Part shown: in pieces, positions 1 to 9,935 of the stretch
Numbering within the stretch: the first letter of the stretch is position 1
How the letters are laid out: the number at the start of each line of letters is the position of its first letter
From: a virus
Length of the DNA stretch: 64,000 nucleotides
Virus record (IMG/VR): IMGVR_UViG_3300042878_000903
Span: 45,969 to 109,968 of that record
Reading direction: 5' to 3' (one strand)
Translations under genes and position numbers: made by a program
The notes under the pieces: generated by a model
Database searches by the model: none
What the model saw: the letters and a program-made list of their open reading frames with translations, nothing else
What the model was told of the DNA's origin: nothing

Positions 1-606
1 AGATTCTTGCTCTGCATAGGTAACGTGACGAACTGCAGTCTTTTCTAGGTCATATAATTCTAAACTAGAAAAATCAAATGGAGCTTCATCCTTACCTAAT
101 GGAATAATCGTGTAGCTTGTGTCTGTCTTTGAACCGTTACGCTTAATTCTCCACATCAAGTTTGTGATGCTTCCCATTTCGCCAGCATATTCAATTAAGG
201 TAGGTGTGATTGTCTTGCCACTTGTTCCTTGTGAAAGAATTGCTACATAAGGCTCTTCTTTGCCATCGTCTACCAAGACGTTAATGTACAAACGAGTTCT
301 GGCTTTCCAGCCAGCTTTTGGATCCTTGCGATGTTGTTCATTTGCCCAGTCACGTCCTTCTGTCTCCATTGTATCTAGAGCCTTGCGACGGTAATCTTTT
401 GGATTTGTGTGCTCTAATGCAATAAACCCACAACCAAGCTTGTCATCATATGTTGGTGAATCAGGATCTAGTTCTTGCAAGAAACGAACTTTTACGCTTT
501 CTCCATCCTCAATCTTTAACCAACGGCCTTTATTTTCATCCCCACCACTGTAGGTAGGCTTATCTAGTGCTTTGTTTAAGTCTTTTAGACCTTTTACGAT
601 ACTCAT
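1..606 (-). CDS. gp32-like single-stranded DNA-binding protein (3' end truncated by window edge)
   Basis: Open frame from ATG at 606 to the edge: MSIVKGLKDLNKALDKP...RWLKIEDGESVKVRFLQELD...WRIKRNGSKTDTSYTIIP; follows primase. Confidence 0.7.
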   Translation of the reverse strand, partial: MSIVKGLKDLNKALDKPTYSGGDENKGRWLKIEDGESVKVRFLQELDPDSPTYDDKLGCGFIALEHTNPKDYRRKALDTMETEGRDWANEQHRKDPKAGWKARTRLYINVLVDDGKEEPYVAILSQGTSGKTITPTLIEYAGEMGSITNLMWRIKRNGSKTDTSYTIIPLGKDEAPFDFSSLELYDLEKTAVRHVTYAEQES

Positions 607-660
607 TGTATCTCCTTTTTATATAGTTGACGGTATAAATCCATCTGTTGTTTTAGTATA

Positions 661-1656
661 TCATATCCATGAGCGATATTCAATATCTGATACGGATTTT
701 TTTATGCATGTTTTTATTTCTTCTTCGGTTAAATCTCCAGCATCCTTAGCCTTATTTGGGTATATTTCACGATATCCAAAAGAAGCCCAAGAAATATCTT
801 TGTTGCGTAGCTTACTAGAAATAGATTTACCTAACTCTCTGCCAGCTTCATCAGCATCAGTCATAATAATTATCTTATTAAAATGTCTGTTTAATAAAGA
901 CTGCTGTTCATTAGATAAAAATCCTCCCAGTGTAGCAACAACATTTGGAAAGCCCGCTTGGTGAATTCTTATTGCATCAAAATTAGATTCGCAAACTATT
1001 ACTTGGTCACCAATTTTCTTAGCCCTGTGAATATTAAATAGAGTTTTGCTCTTAGGCAAGTTTGTGCTATTTTTAAAAGACTTGCCCTCAATAGACCTTC
1101 CGACTATTCCAATTGGAATTCCATCTGGGCTATGAACTGGAGTAACAACCATATTCATTGATGGCGAATAGCCAAGACCAAAGTGTTTCATAGACTCTAC
1201 GCTAATACCTCTAGACTCTAAATAGGTTCTGGCATTACCGTTACCAGCAAGATCGGAATGAAGTCTATCTAATGTTTCTTGTGAAAATTTATCAAAAGAT
1301 GGTTTTTCTGAAAGCATTTCTTCCATTAGGCTATCAAAATTATTTAACGATTCAGTTTCTTTAGCCGCAATTAATCTTAACGCTTGAAAGTCATTCTTAT
1401 CCATAGTACGTTTAATTAAATCAATTAAAGTTCCAGTTTCCCCACATGCAGGATTAAAGCATATAAATGCCCCAGATGTTTGGCTTACGCTAAAACTAGA
1501 CGTATGCCTATTAGAATGAAATGGACAGTAGCATAGGAAATCATTGCCTGTTGCGCCAACAATATTAAGTCCTATTTCAGCTAAGACTGATTTAATATGG
1601 CTTGGGGCGTAGTCCTTGGTATCAATTTGTTTTGAGTTATACCCTCGAATTGCCAT
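661..1656 (-). CDS. dnaG: DNA primase (CHC2 zinc finger + TOPRIM)
   Basis: CPFH...C..C zinc finger, ESNFDA and DAD TOPRIM motifs; start moved to MAIRGY at 1656. Confidence 0.9.
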   Translation of the reverse strand: MAIRGYNSKQIDTKDYAPSHIKSVLAEIGLNIVGATGNDFLCYCPFHSNRHTSSFSVSQTSGAFICFNPACGETGTLIDLIKRTMDKNDFQALRLIAAKETESLNNFDSLMEEMLSEKPSFDKFSQETLDRLHSDLAGNGNARTYLESRGISVESMKHFGLGYSPSMNMVVTPVHSPDGIPIGIVGRSIEGKSFKNSTNLPKSKTLFNIHRAKKIGDQVIVCESNFDAIRIHQAGFPNVVATLGGFLSNEQQSLLNRHFNKIIIMTDADEAGRELGKSISSKLRNKDISWASFGYREIYPNKAKDAGDLTEEEIKTCIKKSVSDIEYRSWI

Positions 1657-1883
1657 GCTTTCTTCCTTCCCACATATATCCCGTGAAGAGTCATTAAGAA
1701 TCTCCATGTTGCTCCAGTAAACTCTATTGAAAAAGCTGGATCAATATCTAATACTCTTACGTATCCTTTACCACGCATATCTTGTATTAATAAGTTTTCG
1801 TACTGAGGTCTTAAGCTTATAATCTGACTATCGTCATTAAACTCTACCTCAATTTGAAACCTTTTAATTCTTTTGTGCGTCAT
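1581..1883 (-). CDS. hypothetical protein
   Basis: ORF between helicase and primase; start at MTHKRIKRF. Confidence 0.6.
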   Translation of the reverse strand: MTHKRIKRFQIEVEFNDDSQIISLRPQYENLLIQDMRGKGYVRVLDIDPAFSIEFTGATWRFLMTLHGIYVGRKKAWQFEGITQNKLIPRTTPQAILNQS

Positions 1884-3111
1884 TTGCAAACGGATTTTCG
1901 TAAATCTCTTTGACAATACCCCTGTTAATATCCCAATCTAGGAATACACCGAAGTCGTGTCCGTGTCTATTTTTTCTAGAAACAATTTCGATCATGTCTG
2001 TGCCCTTGTACTTATGAATAGCCATAGCCATGTCTGCATCGTATTCAATTGCTTTTGACCAAGCAACTTGACTCATCATAGGAGGGTTATCTTGGTCTGT
2101 AATATCGTCTGCTGTAGCAGCAGTAATATCAATAATAGGAATATTATTCCTTACTGCTAAATTTTTAAATTCACGAGAAATATTCATATTGCGCTCTGTA
2201 GGAGCCTTTGAATTATTATTATCAGTAAACAACTGATGATAATCAAGAATAACAATGTCTGGCTTGTGTTGATCTATCTTAGCCTGAATAGCATTTGGAG
2301 TTACATTACCAGAGCCTTCATTTGATACTAAAATAAACTTATTCTTGTCTACAAATTTTTTCCCCGACCAGGTTCTAAAATCGTCAATATTAATATCACC
2401 CTTTGCAAAATCGCTAGCCTTAAATAAACCTGAGCCAAGCATTGTATAAATTCTGTCACGCATATTTTCTGGTGTCATTTCAAGAGAAACAATCATAGGC
2501 TTAAATCCCTGCTCCCATGCCTTGCAGGCAAGGTAGGATGTAAACCATGTCTTTCCTTTCCCTGGCCAGCCAATAGCCACTATAAGGTGTCCTGGAGCCA
2601 TTCCAGTGGGGTATGCAAGGTCAATTGACTGGAACCCAGTCTTAATGCCTGGAGAACCTCCCATCTCGGCTGTACGGGCCTTTAGAGCCTCTAAATGCTT
2701 AATTGCTTTATCTGCATCAGTTATATCTAGGTCACGGACATTATTCGTATATTTATTTAAGCTAGAAAGCTGGGACTGAAGTTCGGCAATAACCCTAGAA
2801 GCGACATCTTCTTTAAGCATTGATCCGCCACGAATTAAAATACTTTTTAGTCTGCTAGATAAGAATTCATTCTTTAGGTTATCTAGGTAATATGCAGTCT
2901 CTGCAGTTGCATTTAGGTCTGGCTCAAAGTCTTTAAACTTTTCTTGTAGGATTCCAATTTCTGGTATAGCCTTAAACTTATTATAATAAGACTTTAGACC
3001 ATCCCAAACATCTCCGTGAGAGGTAAATAGCTCATCAACATTTTCTGCCATAACAGTGCTTATATCTTTATTCTTGCATATAGCAGAAATTAGTGTTGCT
3101 TCTGTATTCAT
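1864..3111 (-). CDS. dnaB: DnaB-like replicative helicase
   Basis: Walker A GWPGKGKT, SLEM, ILDYHQL, IEYDAD, KNRHG motifs. Confidence 0.93.
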   Translation of the reverse strand: MNTEATLISAICKNKDISTVMAENVDELFTSHGDVWDGLKSYYNKFKAIPEIGILQEKFKDFEPDLNATAETAYYLDNLKNEFLSSRLKSILIRGGSMLKEDVASRVIAELQSQLSSLNKYTNNVRDLDITDADKAIKHLEALKARTAEMGGSPGIKTGFQSIDLAYPTGMAPGHLIVAIGWPGKGKTWFTSYLACKAWEQGFKPMIVSLEMTPENMRDRIYTMLGSGLFKASDFAKGDINIDDFRTWSGKKFVDKNKFILVSNEGSGNVTPNAIQAKIDQHKPDIVILDYHQLFTDNNNSKAPTERNMNISREFKNLAVRNNIPIIDITAATADDITDQDNPPMMSQVAWSKAIEYDADMAMAIHKYKGTDMIEIVSRKNRHGHDFGVFLDWDINRGIVKEIYENPFANDAQKN

Positions 3112-3428
3112 AGCCCGCCCTCTTCCACCATCTTTTTAGTAGACTCTCGCAGTAGTCGGCGTGTCTCAATATCCTTTTGTAACTCTATTCTAGCATTTTC
3201 CATTTTATCAAAGTTATAATAAAAGAATTGTAGTGGGTGCCCTGTTTTTTCTAGGCTAAAATAATAATTCAACAAGTCATTTGCCTTATGAAATCCTACG
3301 CTATCAATTACATCCTGCATGGCCCATTTTTCTCTAAATTTATTTAATACAGGAAGCCTGCCATATCTTTCTTTATAAAGATTTTGGTAATTTGTCATAA
3401 GGATATATGGCTCTCTGTTATTTGCCAC
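3108..3428 (-). CDS. hypothetical protein (possible helicase partner)
   Basis: Overlaps the helicase start; function inferred from position only. Confidence 0.55.
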   Translation of the reverse strand: MANNREPYILMTNYQNLYKERYGRLPVLNKFREKWAMQDVIDSVGFHKANDLLNYYFSLEKTGHPLQFFYYNFDKMENARIELQKDIETRRLLRESTKKMVEEGGL

Positions 3429-3621
3429 TTTTCAGCTCTTTCTCTATTTCACCAATTTTTTCAATTAGCTTTTTTTCTACAAATTGGTAAACTCTTTCCG
3501 TAGCAATATCAACTGTTTCTCCAGAACGGGCATCATCTTCTATGCCAACATTTATCCTGATGCTTTCATAATTACCAAGATTTCTGGTAAAAGAAAGATC
3601 AACCTTTACTCTTGTTGTCAT
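3418..3621 (-). CDS. conserved-type small phage protein (TRNLGNYES motif)
   Basis: 67-aa ORF with T.NLGNYES.R motif common in phage replication modules. Confidence 0.65.
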   Translation of the reverse strand: MTTRVKVDLSFTRNLGNYESIRINVGIEDDARSGETVDIATERVYQFVEKKLIEKIGEIEKELKSGK

Positions 3622-3731
3622 TTATGCTCCGCCTTCTTATGTCTAGTTAATGTATCGCTGGCAAATATTCCCCAGCGAACTTCTATATCCCGTTTACAAA
3701 TATCACAGGTAGCTAACCTACTTTTTTCCAT
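3618..3731 (-). CDS. C2H2-type zinc-finger microprotein
   Basis: Not in ORF track; MEKSRLATCDICKRDIEVRWGIFASDTLTRHKKAEHK; ATGA overlap with next gene. Confidence 0.6.
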   Translation of the reverse strand: MEKSRLATCDICKRDIEVRWGIFASDTLTRHKKAEHK

Positions 3732-3849
3732 CTTCTACCTTCTTTATTATAACGGGGCCGTTCTTAGAATTCCACTCCTCAACTTCTTTTTCTCTTTTAC
3801 GTTTTTTAGAAGCACCAGTCTCAAGTGTATATATTGCGTTGTAACTCAT
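3718..3849 (-). CDS. basic microprotein
   Basis: Not in ORF track; MSYNAIYTLETGASKKRKREKEVEEWNSKNGPVIIKKVEDGKK; fills operon gap. Confidence 0.5.
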   Translation of the reverse strand: MSYNAIYTLETGASKKRKREKEVEEWNSKNGPVIIKKVEDGKK

Positions 3850-3851
3850 TA

Positions 3852-3989
3852 TTACGCCTTCCATACTGCAGTAAACTCAAACTTACTAATACATTTAACG
3901 CAAATGGCAAAAATATCTGGCTGCATAATAACTGGATACACCTTAGCTTTTGCACCTAAATTCCTACCGCATTCTTCACAAGAATTCAT
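3852..3989 (-). CDS. zinc-ribbon microprotein
   Basis: Not in ORF track; MNSCEECGRNL...AICVKCISK; TAATG coupling to upstream gene. Confidence 0.55.
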   Translation of the reverse strand: MNSCEECGRNLGAKAKVYPVIMQPDIFAICVKCISKFEFTAVWKA

Positions 3990-4471
3990 TACTCCGCCTT
4001 CCATACTGGTACAAAGCCATCAACGGTCTTAGTATACAATATAAAGCTGTGTTTGAGAAGGGCCAATAATTCTGCCTTAGACGGAACATTTTTAGAATGC
4101 CCTGCCTCTAATATATATTGATGTAAATCTAATATATCTTTATCGCTAAACATATACTTATACCAAACATCTTCTGAAGCACTACCTATAGGATAAATTT
4201 TTTGTGGAGATTTAATTTTTCCTTCTAGAATATATTCTTGTATCGTAACCCTATGTTTATTTAACATTGAGGCAACCTGAACAATACTATACGCACTGCC
4301 CATATTTTTATCTACTTCTGAATATGGGTAAAGCATTCTTTTCTTATCTAAATACGACCAAGCAATTAGTTGATCTTTAGCTCTAGATAAGCTAAGAGTC
4401 TTGTGTATTTTTTCGTTTAAGAAGAAATACCGTACTTCTTTGAGTGATTTTCTTCTAGTGTCTCTAGCCAT
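3989..4471 (-). CDS. HTH DNA-binding protein (MerR/excisionase-like)
   Basis: YSIVQVASMLNKHRVTIQEYILEGKI helix-turn-helix pattern. Confidence 0.65.
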   Translation of the reverse strand: MARDTRRKSLKEVRYFFLNEKIHKTLSLSRAKDQLIAWSYLDKKRMLYPYSEVDKNMGSAYSIVQVASMLNKHRVTIQEYILEGKIKSPQKIYPIGSASEDVWYKYMFSDKDILDLHQYILEAGHSKNVPSKAELLALLKHSFILYTKTVDGFVPVWKAE

Positions 4472-4605
4472 TTGCCCATCTTATTTGTACTTTTATTCAT
4501 CATCCAGCGCTTGCCGCACATGATGCAAAACAATTCCATATGCATTTTTTGAGAAAATACTCTGTCTACAAATACTCTCCCACCGCATTTATTGCATTTA
4601 ATCAT
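4417..4605 (-). CDS. zinc-ribbon protein
   Basis: CNKCGG...CIMCGKRW; start at MIKC, ATGA overlap with the phosphoesterase stop. Confidence 0.65.
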   Translation of the reverse strand: MIKCNKCGGRVFVDRVFSQKMHMELFCIMCGKRWMMNKSTNKMGKWLETLEENHSKKYGISS

Positions 4606-5417
4606 ACCTGAAATAACTTTCCATCTACTACACAAGTATAATCTGGAGATACGTGTATCATATTAACGTGTGGATACTTTCCATTTTCAATATGAGCTAT
4701 TGCAAATCCTTTTTGCCAGTCATGATGCTGTGTATATTTCATACCTGGACCCTTTTCATCACACATGTGGCCAATCTCATACCCACGTAAAGTTTCTCCT
4801 TTGCCTTTATTTCTAAGCTCGTAAGTAACCATGTGTGAAGCAATCCTATGAGAATGACCTCTAATTAAAGACACCTGCATATCTTCCATATCTTTTCTAA
4901 CAGATCCAGTTGCTGCAATAGACATTCCATGATGAACATGTATATCTCCAAAACGGCGCTCTGGCAATTCGTTATAATAAATATAATCGTAGCCCAATGA
5001 ATCTAAACTCCATAGAGCTTCTGGTGTTACATGCTTTGCATATTCAGGTATTTTTTTATCTAGATAATCAAAAATTCTAATATCATGGTTTCCTAGTGCT
5101 GAGAACAGCTGGGAGTCTGGAAGCATTTTTCTTGTTCTTTCATAAAATTCTCTAGCGCCGCTTGCTTCAATCTTCATATCTTTTAGCATTAGCTCTAAAT
5201 CATTTGTCACGTCATCATTCTTATATGCCTTTAAAAATTCTGTCGGTTTGCCATCTGTATATTTACTATAACAGGCTTGATCGTCTGTGTCACCAAGGTA
5301 ATCGACAACGTCTGGCTTAAACCATTTCATAACTTTAAACCAAAGCTCGATCATCTTGTCGTCCTGATATGGAAATTGCTGATCTGAGGACAGCATCCAT
5401 TTTAAGTCGTTAGTCAT
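4602..5417 (-). CDS. calcineurin-like metallophosphoesterase
   Basis: SDQQ, LGDTDD, GNHD, HHG, GHSHR motifs. Confidence 0.85.
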   Translation of the reverse strand: MTNDLKWMLSSDQQFPYQDDKMIELWFKVMKWFKPDVVDYLGDTDDQACYSKYTDGKPTEFLKAYKNDDVTNDLELMLKDMKIEASGAREFYERTRKMLPDSQLFSALGNHDIRIFDYLDKKIPEYAKHVTPEALWSLDSLGYDYIYYNELPERRFGDIHVHHGMSIAATGSVRKDMEDMQVSLIRGHSHRIASHMVTYELRNKGKGETLRGYEIGHMCDEKGPGMKYTQHHDWQKGFAIAHIENGKYPHVNMIHVSPDYTCVVDGKLFQV

Positions 5418-5472
5418 TGTTTACCTTAATGTCAGTAGGCCATGAATATTCATGGCCTATAGTCTAAATCAA

Positions 5473-5500
5473 ATTGTAGCATAGTGCTACATATTGTCAA
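5473..5500 (-). promoter_or_regulatory. sigma70-type promoter for the replication operon
   Basis: TTGACA-16-TACAAT with extended TG, followed by a 24-bp perfect palindrome at 5436-5459. Confidence 0.6.
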
Positions 5501-5503
5501 TAC

Positions 5504-5929
5504 CTAAGTCGTGCTACAAGCAATCCAATTTACGTAAAGACTTCCGCTAGCACTGGCGCCTACATTCTGCATTTGTATTGAAAACCCTGTAGTGGATGCA
5601 GCAGTCACTATTGGCTGAAACTTATTAACTAATATTGCACTAGCTGAAGGTTGCCAAATCGTACACACGATATTTGGCTGAGCATCAAAATCCCTTTTAA
5701 ATTTTACTGCGGTAACTGTCTTTCCGTCTTTATTGGCAGTAATTTTCAGTCTGCCAGACTCAATTTGTGTTTGAACACTCGACCCAGGAGGTGGTGTTGA
5801 GCTGCCACTATCGTTAATAGAATTTGATAAACTATTTATTATATTTATATTAGACACAATGTTGGACAATAACTCTGATGTTATTGGATCCCCTGGATTT
5901 ACAGGCATTGGTTGCAATTGTTCAGCCAT
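5504..5929 (-). CDS. minor tail protein, H-type lectin/gp53-like C-terminus
   Basis: IESG...VKFKRDFDAQPNIVCT...TGFSI...VNWIA pattern. Confidence 0.6.
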   Translation of the reverse strand: MAEQLQPMPVNPGDPITSELLSNIVSNINIINSLSNSINDSGSSTPPPGSSVQTQIESGRLKITANKDGKTVTAVKFKRDFDAQPNIVCTIWQPSASAILVNKFQPIVTAASTTGFSIQMQNVGASASGSLYVNWIACSTT

Positions 5930-5931
5930 TT

Positions 5932-6093
5932 TTACTCCTTTGGTTTTTCCTTTGGTGCCTCTAGTTCTTGAATTTTTAATGACAACTGAGTAATCTCGGC
6001 ACGAAGAACAGCAATACTTGTCTCATATTGTGAGACAATTTCTCCAATACGTTGCTGTAATGCTGTTACAATTAATTCTAATCTATTATCCAT
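5932..6093 (-). CDS. small coiled-coil protein
   Basis: Not in ORF track; MDNRLELIVTALQQRIGEIVSQYETSIAVLRAEITQL... Confidence 0.65.
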   Translation of the reverse strand: MDNRLELIVTALQQRIGEIVSQYETSIAVLRAEITQLSLKIQELEAPKEKPKE

Positions 6094-8621
6094 TATATAC
6101 CCTTCAGTGTATTTACTTCTTGTTGTAATGATTCTACCATATTTGACAATTCTTGTATAGCTTTGGTTAGCGGTGAAATAAATTCTTCATAAACCAAAGC
6201 CTGGCTAGACTCTGGATCATCCTTGTCGGCTAGCGTCCAAAAAGCTGCTGAGTCATATATACCTGATTGGTCTAAAGCTTCTTTTACTTCTTGAGCTACA
6301 AACCCGTAATGATTTCTTAATCCTGGGTCATTCAAATTTGGCTCAGTTATTGGCTTATCAGAATTTTCATGTAATATTTGGTTACCGTCTTCATCTATAA
6401 CTGGCTTAACGGATCTTGAATTCAGTTTGTATTTTCTTGGATTCAATTTTTTAATAAAATCTAGGCCTAGATCTGAAACCTGTATGTTATTTTTATTTCT
6501 ATTATCTGAGCTTACGTTTGGACTATTTATTAAAAATACGTTTCTCCATCTAAGGTTAAAAGGGGAGCTTACAAATCCGAGTGAAGCGTCGTCAGTATAA
6601 TACGGATACCAATTTGAAAGAGTTCCAGCTGATCCCGCAGACATCATGTTTATAGCATTTACTGCTAAAGCCTCAATCGAGGTACCAGTTCGTATAGACT
6701 TTGTTTTAAAATAATAAGAATTAGTCAATGATCCAACTGTAATGGTTGGGGTTGTAATAGCTACACTTGCACCAATTGTTCCAGCAGTAATTTTATCTGC
6801 GTTGATATTAAATGCTGAAATAAAAGTTGAAACAACTGCATCTGAAGATATTGTTCCAGCTGTTATTTTACCTCCGCTAATTGTAGTTGTTGTAGTAGAA
6901 CTGTTAATGCTATTAACAATTGCATCCCTGTTAAAACTACTAGATGGTAAAGCGGCATCTGCCGTTGCTTTTGCAGCCTGAGCAGCAATTTTTGCGGTAT
7001 TGGCATCTGATGCAGCAGTTGTTGCGGTGGTAGAAACAGTAGTTAACTGTGTAGATGTTGCGTACCCAGAAATACTTGAGCCCGCTCCAAAAACTGCACC
7101 TGTCGCATAAAGAGTTCCATCAGATTTAATTTTAAACTTTGCGTTTGCATCTGGTGTATTGTTGCCAGCCCACATAAGAAATGTGTCGCTACCAGAAACT
7201 TCTGTTCCTAAATAAATACTATTTTGTGCACTTGCCCCAACTTGTATTTTGCCATTACCAGTGCTATCTAATATAATATTGTTTTTAGAAAAAGTATTAT
7301 CTCCCAATGCCCAACCAGCAATACTTCCACCATTTGCGGTTATAGTTCCTGTTGCAGCAGATATAGTTACAGACTTTGTGCCATTAGCAACTTTAAGTCC
7401 TGTTGAGTTTAATGCAAATCCATTGCCTGTTAAGTTTCCAGTTGTAGCATCAATTGTTCCGCTATATATAGATGCTCCAGTTGTAGACATAAATATATTA
7501 CCGCTAAACTGCCCACCTCTAGCTGTTATGTTACCATCTACAGCAAATGTAGAGCCGTCCCACAAAAGGTAGTTTGAGGTTGACCCTCCAACTTTAAGTC
7601 TGGCACTGTTTGCTGCATTAATATACCAATAGTTGCTGGCATCAAAATATAAACCTTTATTTGTTGCAACTGATCCCACCCCTACTCCAAATTCAAAATC
7701 TCCGCCCTTAATAAAATTTGTTACTGATGGAGTTCCAGTAACCGTAACATCTGGTCCAGATGTATACAAAGAAGATGTATTATTATATTCATCATATGTA
7801 GCAACTGCTATTTTATAGGTTGAGCCAATTACTAATCCAGCAAGTTTATATGTTGTTCCAGTTCCTGGAGAATCGACATAAGAATAAGTGGCTCCGCTAT
7901 CATTACTAAATCTAATTCTATATCCTCTTATGCCACCTCCCGTTACTGCTGGCCAAGATATGTTTGCGTAAGCATTGAATCCCAAGTATCCAGATGTATC
8001 AATTCCACTTTCAGTAGTCACGGAAGTTACGTTTGCTGGTCCAGTTGTATCTACAACAATTGGGTCTATTGCTTTGAATGGGCCAAAAGAAACACTTTTC
8101 TTTCTATAATCTTGATCTCGTGTGTCAACTCTTATCCACCTGTTTGCCGTATTTGAAACAAGTATGGTTGCAGAATTTCCGTTCCCATTCCAAACTAAAT
8201 ATTCTTCTCCTGCAAATGCTCCAGTTAAACTTTCGTATATTTGTATATCAATAAGCCATTTGTTTGCAACCAAAGCTTTATCTATTAAAGTCCAGTTTAC
8301 TCCATAAGAAAGAAGTGAAGGTGTTACAACAAGGTTGGTAACTGGCTGAGTTAAATCAGGAGTTTGTAGCGTAAATACAAAGTTTGGGGACCTAGTTCCA
8401 GGAATAAGGTTTGAAGCATTATTTGGATCAGAGTATAAATACGAAAATGAGAATTGATATTTACCATTCATTACAACATTTAATCCTGATTTTTTAACAG
8501 TAAAGGAATCTGCGCTTTTTGTATTGGCCGCTGTAGCCGCTTCTGCATTTGTTTTGCTTAAGTCTGCTGGTATATATCTTCCACTTACTGGATCATATCT
8601 GCCTGGGGAATATTTATCCAT
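6093..8621 (-). CDS. tail fibre/spike with FN3 domain and C-terminal intramolecular chaperone (peptidase S74)
   Basis: FN3-like W...GYRI...TY...AVATYD; SSDNRNKNNI...HYGFVAQEV...YEEFISPLTKAIQEL. Confidence 0.8.
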   Translation of the reverse strand: MDKYSPGRYDPVSGRYIPADLSKTNAEAATAANTKSADSFTVKKSGLNVVMNGKYQFSFSYLYSDPNNASNLIPGTRSPNFVFTLQTPDLTQPVTNLVVTPSLLSYGVNWTLIDKALVANKWLIDIQIYESLTGAFAGEEYLVWNGNGNSATILVSNTANRWIRVDTRDQDYRKKSVSFGPFKAIDPIVVDTTGPANVTSVTTESGIDTSGYLGFNAYANISWPAVTGGGIRGYRIRFSNDSGATYSYVDSPGTGTTYKLAGLVIGSTYKIAVATYDEYNNTSSLYTSGPDVTVTGTPSVTNFIKGGDFEFGVGVGSVATNKGLYFDASNYWYINAANSARLKVGGSTSNYLLWDGSTFAVDGNITARGGQFSGNIFMSTTGASIYSGTIDATTGNLTGNGFALNSTGLKVANGTKSVTISAATGTITANGGSIAGWALGDNTFSKNNIILDSTGNGKIQVGASAQNSIYLGTEVSGSDTFLMWAGNNTPDANAKFKIKSDGTLYATGAVFGAGSSISGYATSTQLTTVSTTATTAASDANTAKIAAQAAKATADAALPSSSFNRDAIVNSINSSTTTTTISGGKITAGTISSDAVVSTFISAFNINADKITAGTIGASVAITTPTITVGSLTNSYYFKTKSIRTGTSIEALAVNAINMMSAGSAGTLSNWYPYYTDDASLGFVSSPFNLRWRNVFLINSPNVSSDNRNKNNIQVSDLGLDFIKKLNPRKYKLNSRSVKPVIDEDGNQILHENSDKPITEPNLNDPGLRNHYGFVAQEVKEALDQSGIYDSAAFWTLADKDDPESSQALVYEEFISPLTKAIQELSNMVESLQQEVNTLKGI

Positions 8622-9508
8622 TATAAAAATCCTAAGTCTATCTTATATTCAATGTCCATTTCTATTCCAAGTGTTTTAACTAATGGGGTAGACAAGACTG
8701 ATCTACTAATTAAACCATATTGGCTATTATATCTGTCTTCATCATTTAATCTTAGCCCGTCTAATAAAACATTTGTAGCCCCTGAAACCTTAGCCTTAGC
8801 CCCTATTTCTATTATAGTAATTTGAGAAAAGTCTGTTGCTCCAGCGGATGAAAATGTAGAGTTAAATAGGCTAGATAACTTAAGTGATAAAATTTTATGT
8901 CCTATAGACGTTGTTGCTGCAAATCTTATTTCTTTATAATTGGTTGGTGAGCTATAAAATCTAACATAAATATAATCTAGGTTTAAATCTGTTTGATAAA
9001 AAGCAAGGGAAATTGAATCATCCACTCCGTATCCAGCAAGATCAAAAACGGTGTCTAGGCTGTATGATTTTGATTGATTGCTTGCTGCGGTAATAGAAAA
9101 ATATGAAGAGCCTATTCTGGGAGTTGGAGTTGAAACTGATATTGGCTGTTCACCATTTGAATCTTTCCAGCTTGTTGTGTTTTCAAAAGAAGATATGTAT
9201 TTAGATGAATAGTCTGTATTTTGCAAAAACCCAGTAGGGAAAATTCCAATTTCTGATATTATTCCTTCAACATCTGTTGGTAGGGTGGTCTTATAAACTA
9301 CGGAATATGTTGTTACTCCATTTGTTGTATTTGTTTGTATGTCAGAACTTCCAAGGAAAACTCCTGATCGATAAAATTCAAATTGCATGTCTGAGTCATT
9401 TACAGTTGGGGCTTGAGACCCTATTCCTACTGCAATGTCTTTTTGATTAAAATTAAGTCCGCTTGCCAAATAAGATGTTATAAACCTTTTACCAAATTTT
9501 GTTATCAT
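8621..9508 (-). CDS. minor tail/baseplate protein
   Basis: ITKFGKRFI...AVGIG...ISEIGIF pattern; tail-module position. Confidence 0.6.
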   Translation of the reverse strand: MITKFGKRFITSYLASGLNFNQKDIAVGIGSQAPTVNDSDMQFEFYRSGVFLGSSDIQTNTTNGVTTYSVVYKTTLPTDVEGIISEIGIFPTGFLQNTDYSSKYISSFENTTSWKDSNGEQPISVSTPTPRIGSSYFSITAASNQSKSYSLDTVFDLAGYGVDDSISLAFYQTDLNLDYIYVRFYSSPTNYKEIRFAATTSIGHKILSLKLSSLFNSTFSSAGATDFSQITIIEIGAKAKVSGATNVLLDGLRLNDEDRYNSQYGLISRSVLSTPLVKTLGIEMDIEYKIDLGFL

Positions 9509-9915
9509 ATTATCATTACTCCCTTTACAATCTCTCCAACACTATTTTTAACTTCAAAAGTAACTCTAAGCAGCCTATTATTATTCCCATCGTAATATAT
9601 TTCTGGATCGGTTATTGTTTGGCCAGAAGAATATCTTTTTCCAGTTGTTCCAATTAAAACTATGTCCTCTAAATTTGGGGCATCCGAAGTATCTATTGGT
9701 TCATCTGGTGCGGTATCATCATCGTCATCTTCAACGTCTCCATTATCACCTGGAGATGAAGCAACATATGTTTTATCTACTTTATTAGTGTATATATTTA
9801 CAATATCATATTGATCGCTTTTTAATACGTCAATTAGGGGTGAGTCTTGGGGTAGCTGGACTTTAACTCCACCAGCAATTTGCGACTTTCCTATTCTTGG
9901 TTTTTTTGTAGCCAT
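9505..9915 (-). CDS. hypothetical tail-module protein
   Basis: ORF with its own leaderless-type promoter. Confidence 0.55.
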   Translation of the reverse strand: MATKKPRIGKSQIAGGVKVQLPQDSPLIDVLKSDQYDIVNIYTNKVDKTYVASSPGDNGDVEDDDDDTAPDEPIDTSDAPNLEDIVLIGTTGKRYSSGQTITDPEIYYDGNNNRLLRVTFEVKNSVGEIVKGVMII

Positions 9916-9935
9916 ATTAAGATTCTACCATTTCA

